The translations under genes and the position numbers were made by a program. Positions 45,882 through 55,590 of a stretch of 64,000 nt of DNA are shown piece after piece. This stretch comes from an uncultured Candidatus Saccharibacteria bacterium (GTDB lineage Bacteria > Patescibacteriota > Minisyncoccia > UBA6257 > 1-14-0-10-44-23): assembly GCA_964394435.1 (NCBI GenBank), contig CAYMXN010000002.1, forward strand, positions 142,196 to 206,195, written 5' to 3'. Positions within the stretch are counted from its first letter, which is position 1; the number at the start of each line of letters is the position of its first letter. A model generated the notes under the pieces. It had not been told where the DNA came from. It saw only the letters and a program-made list of their open reading frames with translations, and did not search any database.

Positions 45882-46430
45882 ATGAACCCACAATCACACT
45901 TTCATGTTATTCCGCAGGACAAGGCTCCAAAGATTCTTAATTTAATTGTTGAGATTACCAAAGGGGACTTTAACAAGTACGAGTACAACAAAGAGTACGG
46001 TATTTTAGAACTAGACCGTGTTTTGTTTGGTCCGACCTTTTATCCAGTAAACTACTGTGATGTTCCACAGACGTGGAATGATGGTGATAACGATCCGCTT
46101 GATGCGGTTCTCTACAGCAGCGGTTCGGTAATGCCGGGTACGCTTGCGAAGGGGCGTGTCGTTGGTGTTATGGAGATGTGGGATAACGGCGAAGTTGATC
46201 ACAAGATTATTTGCGTCAACGAAAAGGATCCACGCTATAAGCACGTGGCGACGATTAAAGACTTGAGTCCGTATGAGCTCACCGATCTTAAGAATTTTAT
46301 GGAGATGTATAAGATTCCGCAGACGGGTGCGGGTTCGGTAAAAGTAGGTGAGTTTCATGGTCCGGAGAAGGCGTATGAACTCATTACTGAAGCGATGGAA
46401 GTTTATAAGAAAAAGTTTGGTACTAAGTAA
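45882..46430 (+). CDS. ppa: Inorganic pyrophosphatase (family I)
   Basis: LNLIVEITKGDFNKYEYNKEYGILELDRVL and DGDNDPLD motifs of family I PPase. Confidence 0.9.
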   Translation: MNPQSHFHVIPQDKAPKILNLIVEITKGDFNKYEYNKEYGILELDRVLFGPTFYPVNYCDVPQTWNDGDNDPLDAVLYSSGSVMPGTLAKGRVVGVMEMWDNGEVDHKIICVNEKDPRYKHVATIKDLSPYELTDLKNFMEMYKIPQTGAGSVKVGEFHGPEKAYELITEAMEVYKKKFGTK

Positions 46431-46437
46431 CTAACTC

Positions 46438-47679
46438 ATGAAACCAGCAATTAAAAAATTACCAGCCTCACAGGTTGAGGTTGAGGTGAAATTAACTGAC
46501 GCTGAATTTAAAGTATATTTCGAACCAGCATTTGAGCAGGCTCTTTCCCAGGTTCAACTCAAGGGTTTTCGCCCGGGGATGGCACCAAAAGATTTAGCCG
46601 CGCAGGCGGTTGATCATGATAAGGTGTTTGAAAAAGCATTTATGGCTGCGGTTCGTTCTACGCTTGATCAGATTAAAGTCGAGAATGACTGGACGTTTAT
46701 TGATCAGCCTCGTGTTGAGATGCTTGAGCAGAAAGATGGTGTTGGCTACAAGGCCGTGTTAACACTCTTTCCAGAAATTGACCTTGGTGATTACAAGAAG
46801 ATTGCGGCGAAAGTTTTTTCACAACCATCAGAGATTAAGATTGATGAAGCGGAGATTGAGAAGACCCTCAAGTGGTTACGTGAGTCGCGGGCAAAAGTTA
46901 CGCTTGTTGATCGCGTGAGTGCTAACGGGGATATGATTGAGTGCGATATTGAGACGAAAGTTGAAGGGAAGGTGCTTGATAACGCTTCCTTTAAGAAAGA
47001 GCGTTTTGTAGTTGGTGATAGCCGCTTTATCAAAGGATTTGATGAGCAGCTTGTTAACCGCAAGGCAGGAGAGGAGTTTAGCTTCTCGTTGGTCGCGCCA
47101 GCTGATTATTGGCAGGAAGATCTTCGCAAGAAGAAGCTTGATTTTACCGTGAAGATTCATGGTGTGTATGAGCGAACACTTCCAGATTTAACTGATGAGT
47201 TTGCGCAAGCACTCGGCCCTTCATTTAAGACTGTTGCTGATATCACGAAGAACATTCGCGAAGGCTTGACCCAGGAGAAGATGGACAAGGAGGTTGAGCG
47301 CAAGCGCTTAGAGGTTCTTAATCAGGTTGTAAAAGGTTCGAAGATGGAGCTTCCTGAAGTTATGGTTTCGCGAACTCTTGATGGTATCGTGGCTGATATG
47401 AAGCCGATGTTAACGCTTGAGGCTGGGCAGACGCAGGAACAGCTTGATAAAGAGCTGCGCGTAAAACTACTTGATCGTGCGAAGCAAAATGTAGCGAGCA
47501 ATCTTGTGCTCTATAGGATTGCGCAGATTGAGAAGCTTGAGCCAACCGGTGAAGAGGTGGAAGCGGAAGCGAAAAAGCACCAGGTTGACCCTGGAACGCA
47601 CTACGATTATATTTATGGCAGATTACAAAACCAAAAGGTCTTTCAGCTCCTTGAGAGCCTAGCTTCTAAGGAGAAGTAA
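46438..47679 (+). CDS. tig: Trigger factor
   Basis: N-terminal ribosome-binding domain with GFRPGMAPK signature, PPIase-like and C-terminal domains; precedes clpP as in many bacteria. Confidence 0.85.
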   Translation: MKPAIKKLPASQVEVEVKLTDAEFKVYFEPAFEQALSQVQLKGFRPGMAPKDLAAQAVDHDKVFEKAFMAAVRSTLDQIKVENDWTFIDQPRVEMLEQKDGVGYKAVLTLFPEIDLGDYKKIAAKVFSQPSEIKIDEAEIEKTLKWLRESRAKVTLVDRVSANGDMIECDIETKVEGKVLDNASFKKERFVVGDSRFIKGFDEQLVNRKAGEEFSFSLVAPADYWQEDLRKKKLDFTVKIHGVYERTLPDLTDEFAQALGPSFKTVADITKNIREGLTQEKMDKEVERKRLEVLNQVVKGSKMELPEVMVSRTLDGIVADMKPMLTLEAGQTQEQLDKELRVKLLDRAKQNVASNLVLYRIAQIEKLEPTGEEVEAEAKKHQVDPGTHYDYIYGRLQNQKVFQLLESLASKEK

Positions 47680-47693
47680 TTACTTCATTCTCT

Positions 47694-48299
47694 ATGAACA
47701 AAGAAATTACCAATCAGTATTTGATTCCGACTGTTCTTGAAAAGACACAGTATGGTGAGCGCGCATACGATATTTATTCGCGATTACTTAAAGAGCGCAT
47801 CATCTTTTTAGGCGGTCCGATCAATGATGCGGTTGCCAACCTTGTTGTTGCGCAGCTGTTATTCCTTGCGCACGAAGATCCTAAGAAAGATATTCAGCTC
47901 TATATCAACAGTCCGGGAGGTTCGGTGGTTGCTGGTATGGCGATTTATGACACGATGCAGTTCATCAAGCCGGATGTTTCGACGATTTGTGTCGGTATGG
48001 CCGCTTCGATGGGTGCGACGATTCTCACCGCCGGAGCAAAAGGTAAGCGTTTTGCGCTTCCAAACTCTGAAATCCTTATCCATCAGGTGATGGGTGGGGC
48101 GGAGGGTCAGGCGACCGAGATTGAGATTACTGCCAAACAGATTTTGAAGATGAAAGCGAAGTTGAACCAAATTCTTTCAAAACACACCGGTCAGACGGTC
48201 TCTAAGGTGGAGAAAGATACGGACCGCGACTACTATATGACGGCGAGTGAGGCGAAAGAGTATGGTTTGATTGATGAGGTGATTAAAACGATTCGATAG
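47694..48299 (+). CDS. clpP: ATP-dependent Clp protease proteolytic subunit ClpP
   Basis: Catalytic Ser (GMAASMG), His and Asp motifs; near-universal ClpP core. Confidence 0.95.
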   Translation: MNKEITNQYLIPTVLEKTQYGERAYDIYSRLLKERIIFLGGPINDAVANLVVAQLLFLAHEDPKKDIQLYINSPGGSVVAGMAIYDTMQFIKPDVSTICVGMAASMGATILTAGAKGKRFALPNSEILIHQVMGGAEGQATEIEITAKQILKMKAKLNQILSKHTGQTVSKVEKDTDRDYYMTASEAKEYGLIDEVIKTIR

Positions 48300-48366
48300 G
48301 TGGTAAAAACCGGCGCTATGTGCCGGTTTTTGATTTTAGTGGGGTAGCGCGATACAATTACTTTAT

Positions 48367-49551
48367 ATGGCTAAAGTACTTACTGACGAGGCGAAGATTA
48401 ATCGTCTTTTGACTCGTGGCGTAACCGAGATTATTGACCGCAACCACTTAAAGGATGCGCTGTATTCGGGTAAGCAGTTGCGGGTAAAACTTGGCTTTGA
48501 CCCAACAGGAAGTAAGATTCATATCGGGCGCGCGATTGTACTGCGTAAACTGCGTGAGTTTCAGAATCTTGGGCACAAGATTGTATTTATTGTTGGAGAT
48601 TTTACCGCGCAGATTGGTGACCCGTCAGATAAGCTCGAGAAACGGCCGATGCTTACTGCGGCGCAAATTGGGCAGAATTTGAAGACGTACAAAAAGCAGG
48701 TAGGAAAGATTTTAGACTTACGTAAGACCGATTTCTTGTTTAATAGTAAGTGGCTTAAGAAATTAAAGTTTGGAGAGATTACCGAACTTGCAGAGGCGTT
48801 CTCGGTAAACCAGATGCTTGCGCGCAGAAATTTTAAAGACCGCTTTGAAAAAGGTGAGGAGATTAGTATGCGTGAGTTTCTCTATCCGTTGATGCAAGGC
48901 TATGATAGCGTGATGGTCAACGCTGATGTTGAGCTTGGTGGCTTTGATCAGCTGTTCAATTTGATGGCGGGGCGCGTTGTGCAAAAGCACTACGACTTAC
49001 CGCAGCAAGATATTTTGACTATCGAGATGCTTGAGGGAACTGATGGGCGTAAAATGTCTACGAGCTGGGGGAATGTGATTAATATTACCGACGAGCCGAA
49101 TGATATGTTTGGCAAGGTGATGAGCGTGAAAGACGAGCTTATTGCTAAATACTTTTTGCTTTGTACGGATTTAGAGCAGAGCGAGATTGATGCGATTGCT
49201 GGAAATCCAAAAGAGCGGAAGATGCGGTTGGCGTTAGAGATTGTAAAACTGTATCACGGTGAAAAGGCGGCTTTGGCGGCGCAGGCAGAGTTTGATGCGG
49301 TTTTTGGAAGGAAGGGACTACCGAGCGAGATTGCTGAAGTTGAGGTGAGTGATCACGCGATAAAGCTTGTAGACCTTGTTATGGTTGCGCAGCTGGCGGT
49401 GAGTAAGAGTGAGGCGCGGCGACTGATTGAGCAGGGAGGGGTTAGGGTGAGTGAGATGAAAAAGACTGATCCAAATGAAACGATCGCGATTGAGGATGGG
49501 ATGGTGCTCCAGGTTGGCCCGCGCAAGTTTGCGAAGATTGTGAAGAAATAA
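48367..49551 (+). CDS. tyrS: Tyrosine--tRNA ligase (class I, with C-terminal S4-like domain)
   Basis: GFDPTGSKIHIGR (HIGH), GDFTAQIGDPS, KMSTS motif and C-terminal S4 fold (SKSEARRLIEQGGVRV). Confidence 0.85.
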   Translation: MAKVLTDEAKINRLLTRGVTEIIDRNHLKDALYSGKQLRVKLGFDPTGSKIHIGRAIVLRKLREFQNLGHKIVFIVGDFTAQIGDPSDKLEKRPMLTAAQIGQNLKTYKKQVGKILDLRKTDFLFNSKWLKKLKFGEITELAEAFSVNQMLARRNFKDRFEKGEEISMREFLYPLMQGYDSVMVNADVELGGFDQLFNLMAGRVVQKHYDLPQQDILTIEMLEGTDGRKMSTSWGNVINITDEPNDMFGKVMSVKDELIAKYFLLCTDLEQSEIDAIAGNPKERKMRLALEIVKLYHGEKAALAAQAEFDAVFGRKGLPSEIAEVEVSDHAIKLVDLVMVAQLAVSKSEARRLIEQGGVRVSEMKKTDPNETIAIEDGMVLQVGPRKFAKIVKK

Positions 49552-49552
49552 C

Positions 49553-49584
49553 AAAAAGGCCGCGCTGTTGTGCGGCCTTTTTGC
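49553..49584 (+). terminator. Rho-independent terminator after tyrS
   Basis: AAAAAGGCCGCG-CTGTTG-TGCGGCCTTTTT. Confidence 0.8.
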
Positions 49585-49611
49585 TTATAGTATATTCAGT
49601 TTACGCGATGC

Positions 49612-49790
49612 TTGGCTGGTTCTTTTTGCCAGGCTCGTTTCTTGGAGGTTTGCATGCAGAGTCCGCTCGCGAGTGTCGTTCGTCCGACGACGGTAGCGAT
49701 CGTTGTCTTAGAGATCAAGGTCCCCGCAGCTCCCCGATGAGCCCTTCGTCCCGCCTGGCGTTTGAACGTTAGGCGGGGCGTTTTCTTTTC
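49612..49790 (+). ncRNA. Candidate small structured RNA (unidentified) between tyrS and murC, ending in a rho-independent terminator
   Basis: GC-rich 180-nt intergenic segment with multiple internal stems (GTCGT-TCGTCCG-ACGAC; CCCGCCT...AGGCGGG + GCGTTTTCTTTTC terminator at 49748-49788); overlapping short ORFs on both strands look spurious; no family recognised by eye. Confidence 0.25.
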
Positions 49791-49820
49791 AAAATAGGTT
49801 AACGCGCTATACTGACGGTG

Positions 49821-51227
49821 GTGTTTACTCAAGGTGCAAAAATTCATCTTATTGGGATTAAGGGTGTAGGTATGACCGCGCTCGCGCAGATTTTGCAGGG
49901 GCGGGGGTGTGTTGTTTCCGGGTCAGATGGACCGGCAACTTTTTTTACCAATGCGGTTTTAAAGAAGCTCGAAATTCCATTTTTTGAAACATTTGCGGCT
50001 GATCATATTTCTGATGATGTTGAGATTGTTATTTCTTCGGCCGCGTATCTTCGTCCGGCGCAGGGTGATCACGAAGCGCAGGCGCTTGGAGGAAATGTGG
50101 AAGTTGTAGAGGCTTTGAAGTGTGGCGTGAAGTTGCTGACGTATCCGCAGGCGATCGGGATTTTGGCAAAAGAGTATAAGGTGATCGCGGTCGCAGGCAG
50201 TCATGGAAAGAGTACGACGACCGCTCTCCTTGGTTGGATTTTAGAAAAGACCGGTATTGATCCGACGGTGATTGTTGGTACGAAAGTTAATAAATGGGGG
50301 TCGAATGCGCGCGCTGGCAGGGGTGAGTTTTTGGTTGTTGAGGCGGACGAGTATCGTGAGGCGTTTTTAAATTATGAGCCGTACGGAGCGATTATCACGA
50401 GCATTGATTATGATCATCCGGATTACTACAAGACTCCTGCTGATTATCTGAAGGCGTTTGAGAAGTTCGCGAATTTGGTTAGTCCGAAGGGATTTTTAGT
50501 TGGCTGTGGAGATGATGCGGCTGTGAAACAAATTTGTTTCACAGCGAGTAGGCGAGGGGTGCGGGTGCTTACGTACGGATCTGGTGAGCTCAATGATGTG
50601 TTTGTGGCTGATAAGGGAATTGATAAACACTTACAGATGTTTCACGTTATGTTTAGTGATAAACATTTTGCCCTAGCCGCGATCGCATTTCCTGGTCGGC
50701 AGTACATTTTAAATAGCGGGGCGGCACTTGCGACGGCTTTGCTTATGGGGGCTGATCGCACAAAGGCGGTTGAAGCGGTAAAGAGCTTCCCGGGAACGGC
50801 TCGCCGCCTTGAGGTGATTAAATCAGCGACTAAGCAAGAGCCGGCGATTATTATTGATGACTATGCGCATCATCCGACGGCGATTTCGATTACGCTTGAA
50901 GGAGTAGCGAAGATGTATAGCGGGTATAAGCTGGTCGCAGTATTTCAGCCGCATATGTTTTCGCGAACGGCTGTACTGCTCGATGAGTTTGCGAAGAGTT
51001 TTTCGATTGCGGATGAGGTTGGACTGATGGAGATTTATGCTTCGGCGCGTGAGACGGGTGGAGCTGTTTCGGGAAAAGATTTAGTTGCTAAGGCGCAGCA
51101 GTATCATGAGCACGTTACTTATTTACCGACGCACGAAGCCGGGAAGGAGTTTGTGAAACAATTTGTAAAACAAAAAGCCGTAATCGTATTAATGGGAGCG
51201 GGAGATGTGTATCGTTTAGCTGAATAG
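49821..51227 (+). CDS. murC: UDP-N-acetylmuramate--L-alanine ligase MurC (Mur ligase family); start probably the second GTG (49821), leaderless
   Basis: IHLIGIKGVGMTALAQIL N-terminal Rossmann, GSHGKSTTTALLGWIL P-loop, Mur ligase middle and C-terminal domains; TATACT -10 at 49808-49813. Confidence 0.8.
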   Translation: MFTQGAKIHLIGIKGVGMTALAQILQGRGCVVSGSDGPATFFTNAVLKKLEIPFFETFAADHISDDVEIVISSAAYLRPAQGDHEAQALGGNVEVVEALKCGVKLLTYPQAIGILAKEYKVIAVAGSHGKSTTTALLGWILEKTGIDPTVIVGTKVNKWGSNARAGRGEFLVVEADEYREAFLNYEPYGAIITSIDYDHPDYYKTPADYLKAFEKFANLVSPKGFLVGCGDDAAVKQICFTASRRGVRVLTYGSGELNDVFVADKGIDKHLQMFHVMFSDKHFALAAIAFPGRQYILNSGAALATALLMGADRTKAVEAVKSFPGTARRLEVIKSATKQEPAIIIDDYAHHPTAISITLEGVAKMYSGYKLVAVFQPHMFSRTAVLLDEFAKSFSIADEVGLMEIYASARETGGAVSGKDLVAKAQQYHEHVTYLPTHEAGKEFVKQFVKQKAVIVLMGAGDVYRLAE

Positions 51228-51255
51228 TGCGGATTCTGCTATACTAGAGGCATAT

Positions 51256-52404
51256 ATGGAAGAGCTTTCAGTACCTGGGGTGGTATATGACGATATTGGG
51301 CCGGAGCTCATCGTTGAAACATGGGACCCAGACCTCGATTTTCGAGGTGTTTTAGTCATTGATAATAGTAATTTGGGCGTTGGAAAGGGGGGTATTCGCA
51401 TGACGCCGACCGTTACGACCCCGGAGGTAGCGCGGCTGGCTCGGGCGATGACCTATAAGAACGCTTTGGCTGGACTCCCATTTGGTGGTGCGAAAGCTGG
51501 TATTATTGCTGACCCAAAGACGTTTTCTAAGGCGCACAAGCGAGCGGTGATTGAGAGCTTTGCCCGTTCATTGGCGCACTTGATTCCGAAGTTGTATATC
51601 GCCGGACCGGATATGAATACGACCGAGCTTGAGATGGAGCAGTTCGCACGCGCGCATGGGAGTTTTGATGCGGCGACGGGTAAGCCGGCGAGCTTTACTA
51701 CTAAGACTGGTGGCAAGAAGCGACAGGGTTTGCCGCACGAGCTCGGGAGTACGGGGTTTGGTGTTGCGCTTTCTGCGGTGCTGGCAGCAGGGCATAAGGG
51801 TATCAACTTAGACGGTATCAATGTTTCAATCGCTGGGTATGGCAACGTAGGTATGTTCGCGCATCAATTTTTACAGGAGCGAGGTGCGCGAATTATTGCG
51901 ATTTCTGATTCAACTGGGACGGCGTATGACCGTAAAGGGTTGGATCACAAAACGATGATGGATGTGAAAAAGAAATCGGGCAGTGTGCAGCAGTATCCTG
52001 GGGCGAAGCGCTTAACGCGTGATGTAGTCTATGAGATTACAACTGATATTTTGATTCCAGCGGCTGGTCCAGATGTGATTACGAGTGAGAATGTTAGCCG
52101 AGTCAAAGCGCAGATTATTGTGCAGGGAGCGAATATTCCGATGAGTGAGGCGCACGAGGCGCAGCTGCACCGCAAGGAAGTTTTGATTATTCCTGATATT
52201 ATCGCGAATGCTGGTGGGGTTATTTCTTCGTTTGCTGAATACAAAGGATATGATGCGAAAAAGATGTTCGCGCTTGTCGAAGATAAGATTACTACGAATC
52301 TTAAGGAGATCTTAGAGATAGTCGGCAAGGGTACGGTTGCTCCACGAAATGCGGCGATGAAAATAGCACGGCAACGAGTACTGGGTGCAAAAAAGAAAAA
52401 GTAA
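51256..52404 (+). CDS. Glu/Leu/Phe/Val dehydrogenase family (NAD(P)-dependent amino-acid dehydrogenase)
   Basis: GVGKGGIRMTP lysine-containing catalytic motif and GGAKAGI; Rossmann GYGNVG; 382 aa. Confidence 0.8.
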   Translation: MEELSVPGVVYDDIGPELIVETWDPDLDFRGVLVIDNSNLGVGKGGIRMTPTVTTPEVARLARAMTYKNALAGLPFGGAKAGIIADPKTFSKAHKRAVIESFARSLAHLIPKLYIAGPDMNTTELEMEQFARAHGSFDAATGKPASFTTKTGGKKRQGLPHELGSTGFGVALSAVLAAGHKGINLDGINVSIAGYGNVGMFAHQFLQERGARIIAISDSTGTAYDRKGLDHKTMMDVKKKSGSVQQYPGAKRLTRDVVYEITTDILIPAAGPDVITSENVSRVKAQIIVQGANIPMSEAHEAQLHRKEVLIIPDIIANAGGVISSFAEYKGYDAKKMFALVEDKITTNLKEILEIVGKGTVAPRNAAMKIARQRVLGAKKKK

Positions 52405-52405
52405 A

Positions 52406-52432
52406 TCAAAAAACCGCGACAAGCGGTTTTTT
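52406..52432 (+). terminator. Rho-independent terminator after dehydrogenase gene
   Basis: AAAAAACCGC-GACAA-GCGGTTTTTT. Confidence 0.8.
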
Positions 52433-52463
52433 GATTGGTGCTCGCAGTGAGCTTGCCGAACTG

Positions 52464-52535
52464 TGCTCTCAAGGGGAATCGAACCCCTATTTCCGCCGTG
52501 AAAGGGCAGCGTCCTAGCCATTAGACGATGGGAGC
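52464..52535 (-). tRNA. tRNA-Glu (anticodon TTC)
   Basis: D-arm GTCT-AATGGCTA-GGAC, anticodon stem CTGCC/GGCGG loop CTTTCAC, T-arm AGGGG-TTCGATT-CCCCT; one C-A mismatch in acceptor stem. Confidence 0.75.
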
Positions 52536-52772
52536 TTGCTTTAGGGCTATATTCGATAATGGCTTTGTCGCTGCGGCCCGGCGGTATGCGTACCCGCATA
52601 CATACACGCCGTGCCTGGCTTCGCGCCCTTATCGAATCTATCTCCTAAATCAATCCTACTTCTCAGTTTATTCTTGGCAAATCTCTTATACTTACAATAT
52701 CTTCTTGTTGCCTACCTACTGCTTGAGTTTACTTAAAATACCGCATTTTTGCTATACTAGCAATATCAACCT

Positions 52773-53177
52773 ATGATTCAGATATTTCTTCTTTTGAGCG
52801 GTCTCGCAACCCTTATTTTGCGGGTGGTAGTGGGTGGTATTTTCCTAGTCCATGGCTGGAAGAAGTTTAAGCATTATAAAGGGACGATTGAGTGGTTCCG
52901 CTCGATTGGTTTTCGGCCAGCTGGTCTCTGGGGGGCGCTATGTACGTTTGCCGAGCTTGCTGGAGGGGCGATGCTTATACTTGGCTCCTTTACTCAATTA
53001 GTTGCGATCATGCTTCTTATCAATATGCTCGTAGCTATTACGTACAATATCCTTTCTCATCAGTCATTTTTCAAAACGATCGAGCTGGATCTGATTTTGA
53101 TCGCGGCACTGTTTATGCTTATTTCACTTGGTAGTGGTCCGCTCGCAATGGACATGTATCTCGGATTCCGTTGGTAG
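52773..53177 (+). CDS. DoxX-family membrane protein
   Basis: 134 aa, four TMs, LRVVVGGIFLVHGWKKF typical of DoxX; TATACT -10 at 52753-52758. Confidence 0.65.
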   Translation: MIQIFLLLSGLATLILRVVVGGIFLVHGWKKFKHYKGTIEWFRSIGFRPAGLWGALCTFAELAGGAMLILGSFTQLVAIMLLINMLVAITYNILSHQSFFKTIELDLILIAALFMLISLGSGPLAMDMYLGFRW

Positions 53178-53185
53178 CGTTTTGG

Positions 53186-55348
53186 TTACTCAAGGTGGAG
53201 ATCTTTCGTAAGGGTCTCCATTTTTGTTTTGAGTAGTGGGTATGGCTTAAGATCGGCGTCTTTCTCGAGCAATAGTTTTGCGCTATCTTGAGCGGCCTTA
53301 ACAAGCAGTGAGTCGCCAAGGGCGTTCATGGCGAAGTCTGGGGTGCCGGTTTGTTTGTCGCCGAGAAACTCTCCTGGGCCGCGAAGAGAGAGGTCTTTTT
53401 CAGCGAGTTCGAACCCATTTTTTGCTTCAAGCAGTGCGTTGAGTCGGTTGATCGTTGTTTCGGAGTTTGAGTCGGTAAAGAGGAGACAAAATGATTGATG
53501 TTCGCCACGGCCGACGCGTCCACGGAACTGATAGAGCTGTGAAAGCCCAAAGTGCTCGGCGCCTTCGATGACCATAATGGTCGCGTTTGGAACATCGACA
53601 CCTACCTCAACTACGGAAGTTGAAACGAGAATATCAACTTCGCCATTTTTAAACTCGCCCATAATCTGTTCTTTTTCTTTCGGCTTCATCTTACCGTGGA
53701 GCATCGCTACTTTGAGGTCAGGGAATACTTTCTTTGAAAGATTTTCAAACTCAACCTTAACTGATTTCGCATCGCTCCAAGCTACTTTACGTTTATCAGC
53801 CGATGGCGTCTCTTCGTCAGTCTCCGGGGCAGAGACCTCGATGCGTGGGTAGATGAAAAACGCTTGGCGTCCTTTTTGGATTTGTTCACGAATAAACTGG
53901 TGGGCTTGCGGACGGTTTTTTGGGTCGACAATTTTTGTGACAATCGCCTTACGTCCTTTTGGGAGCTCGTTAATTGTTGAGAGGTCGAGGTCGCCAAATA
54001 CGGTGAGTGCGAGTGTGCGCGGGATCGGGGTCGCACTCATCGAGAGGAAGTGGGGGATGAGTGAGTTGTTTTTTTTGCGAAGGAGTGCGGCGCGCTGTTC
54101 AACGCCAAAGCGGTGTTGCTCGTCGATAATAACCAGGCCGAGATTGTTAAATGAGAGCTTAGTTTCTTTTTTGCCTTTTTCTTTGGCGATGAGCGCGTGC
54201 GTGCCAATGATGATCTTAATCGTTCCCGCTTCGATGTCTTTCATGAGGTGCGGCTTACTCTTTTTTTGCTCAAGATGTTCTTCGTGGAAAACGCGAGCTT
54301 CACTGCCCGTAATGAGTGCGACGCCTACTGATGTTTTACTAAAAATACCGGTGAGTGTTTTGTAGTGTTGGCGGGCGAGGACTTCGGTTGGTGCCATAAA
54401 GACCGCTTGGTATCCACTATCAGCGGCGATGAGTGCGGCTAGTGCGGCGACTACGGTTTTGCCCGAGCCAACATCTCCTTGAAGGAGTCGGTTCATTGGC
54501 GTGTTTTTGCTGATATCTTTGCGCATTTCTTGTAGCGATTGGAGCTGTGCTTCAGTGAGCTGGAATGGCAGCGTCTTGAGCATCTCGGCCAGTTTTTGGT
54601 CGCCGACGTTGAGCTCTGGAGCTTTTTCTTTCGCAAGCTTAGCGCGCAGTTTGGCGTTTTTTAGTTGCAATAAAAAGAGATACTCAAATGCAAAACGTTT
54701 TTGTGCTTCGTGTGCTTGGGCGGCGAAGCGCGGGAAGTGAATGTGTTTGAGCGCGAGTGAGAGACTTGGTAAGTTATTGGCTTCGAGAATCTCGTGAGGA
54801 ATAAAGTCTTCCATTGGGCCGAGGATTTCGAGGAATGTTTTGAGGATATGACGAATCCCCTTGCTGGTGAGTCCGCGCGTTTCAGGGTAGACCGGAATGA
54901 GTCCGGCAGTGTGAGTAGTTTGGGTTGTTCCCTTTAAGACTTCGTAGCTCGGGTTAGAGAGAAATGTCCCTTTTTGTGAGGTGAGTATCTTGCCGGCAAA
55001 GTTTGCGTGTGTACCCGCCTTGAGACTCTTGGCGATATACGGTTGGTTAAACCAAACCGCGGTAATACCACCGGTCTCGTCGGTTAAAATCGCTTCGGTG
55101 ACAAACATGTTGCGCCCCCAGGCGCGGCGGACCGTTACTTTTTTTACTTCAGCGCGGAGTGTCGTGGTGTCGCCAACTTTAAGTTCACTGATTTTGCTGA
55201 TGCGCGAGTAGTCTTCGTAGCGAGTTGGAAAGTGCCAGAGAAGATCTCTGACTGTAATGAGCCCTAGCTTTTCCAGCTTGCTGCCGAACTTCGGCAAGGT
55301 TCCTGCTTTGATTTGGCTAAGCTTTGTATCGAGCGTTATAAGATTCAT
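53186..55348 (-). CDS. recG: ATP-dependent DNA helicase RecG; start set to ATG 55348 (MNLITLD) because the track start overlaps tRNA-Lys
   Basis: N-terminal wedge domain, SF2 helicase motifs (GDVGSGKT, DEQHRFGV, QLRGRVGRG), ~720 aa. Confidence 0.85.
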   Translation of the reverse strand: MNLITLDTKLSQIKAGTLPKFGSKLEKLGLITVRDLLWHFPTRYEDYSRISKISELKVGDTTTLRAEVKKVTVRRAWGRNMFVTEAILTDETGGITAVWFNQPYIAKSLKAGTHANFAGKILTSQKGTFLSNPSYEVLKGTTQTTHTAGLIPVYPETRGLTSKGIRHILKTFLEILGPMEDFIPHEILEANNLPSLSLALKHIHFPRFAAQAHEAQKRFAFEYLFLLQLKNAKLRAKLAKEKAPELNVGDQKLAEMLKTLPFQLTEAQLQSLQEMRKDISKNTPMNRLLQGDVGSGKTVVAALAALIAADSGYQAVFMAPTEVLARQHYKTLTGIFSKTSVGVALITGSEARVFHEEHLEQKKSKPHLMKDIEAGTIKIIIGTHALIAKEKGKKETKLSFNNLGLVIIDEQHRFGVEQRAALLRKKNNSLIPHFLSMSATPIPRTLALTVFGDLDLSTINELPKGRKAIVTKIVDPKNRPQAHQFIREQIQKGRQAFFIYPRIEVSAPETDEETPSADKRKVAWSDAKSVKVEFENLSKKVFPDLKVAMLHGKMKPKEKEQIMGEFKNGEVDILVSTSVVEVGVDVPNATIMVIEGAEHFGLSQLYQFRGRVGRGEHQSFCLLFTDSNSETTINRLNALLEAKNGFELAEKDLSLRGPGEFLGDKQTGTPDFAMNALGDSLLVKAAQDSAKLLLEKDADLKPYPLLKTKMETLTKDLHLE

Positions 55349-55363
55349 ACATGCTCTATTTTG

Positions 55364-55436
55364 TGCATCCACCAGGGATCGAACCTGGGACCATCTCCTT
55401 AAGAGGGAGCCGCTCTACCAACTGAGCTATGGATGC
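55364..55436 (-). tRNA. tRNA-Lys (anticodon CTT)
   Basis: GCATCCA/TGGATGC acceptor, D-arm GCTC-AGTTGGTA-GAGC, anticodon loop CTCTTAA, T-arm CCAGG-TTCGATC-CCTGG. Confidence 0.85.
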
Positions 55437-55590
55437 GCTACAACCCTTGGAATAGGGGTGGTTGGCTTCAAGATGCTGCTATTTTACGCTAAAGATTGTG
55501 TTTTGTGAAGAGTGGCGCTCGTTTGGGGCGTATTGTGCTAAGATTAGACATATAGTCGCTTTTTTCAGCTTTTAGTCTTTAATCAAATGT

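Noticed and set aside
55349-55372. GTG start of recG at 55372
   Set aside because: The first three codons lie inside tRNA-Lys (55364..55436). ATG 55348 (MNLITLD) is the first start downstream of the tRNA.
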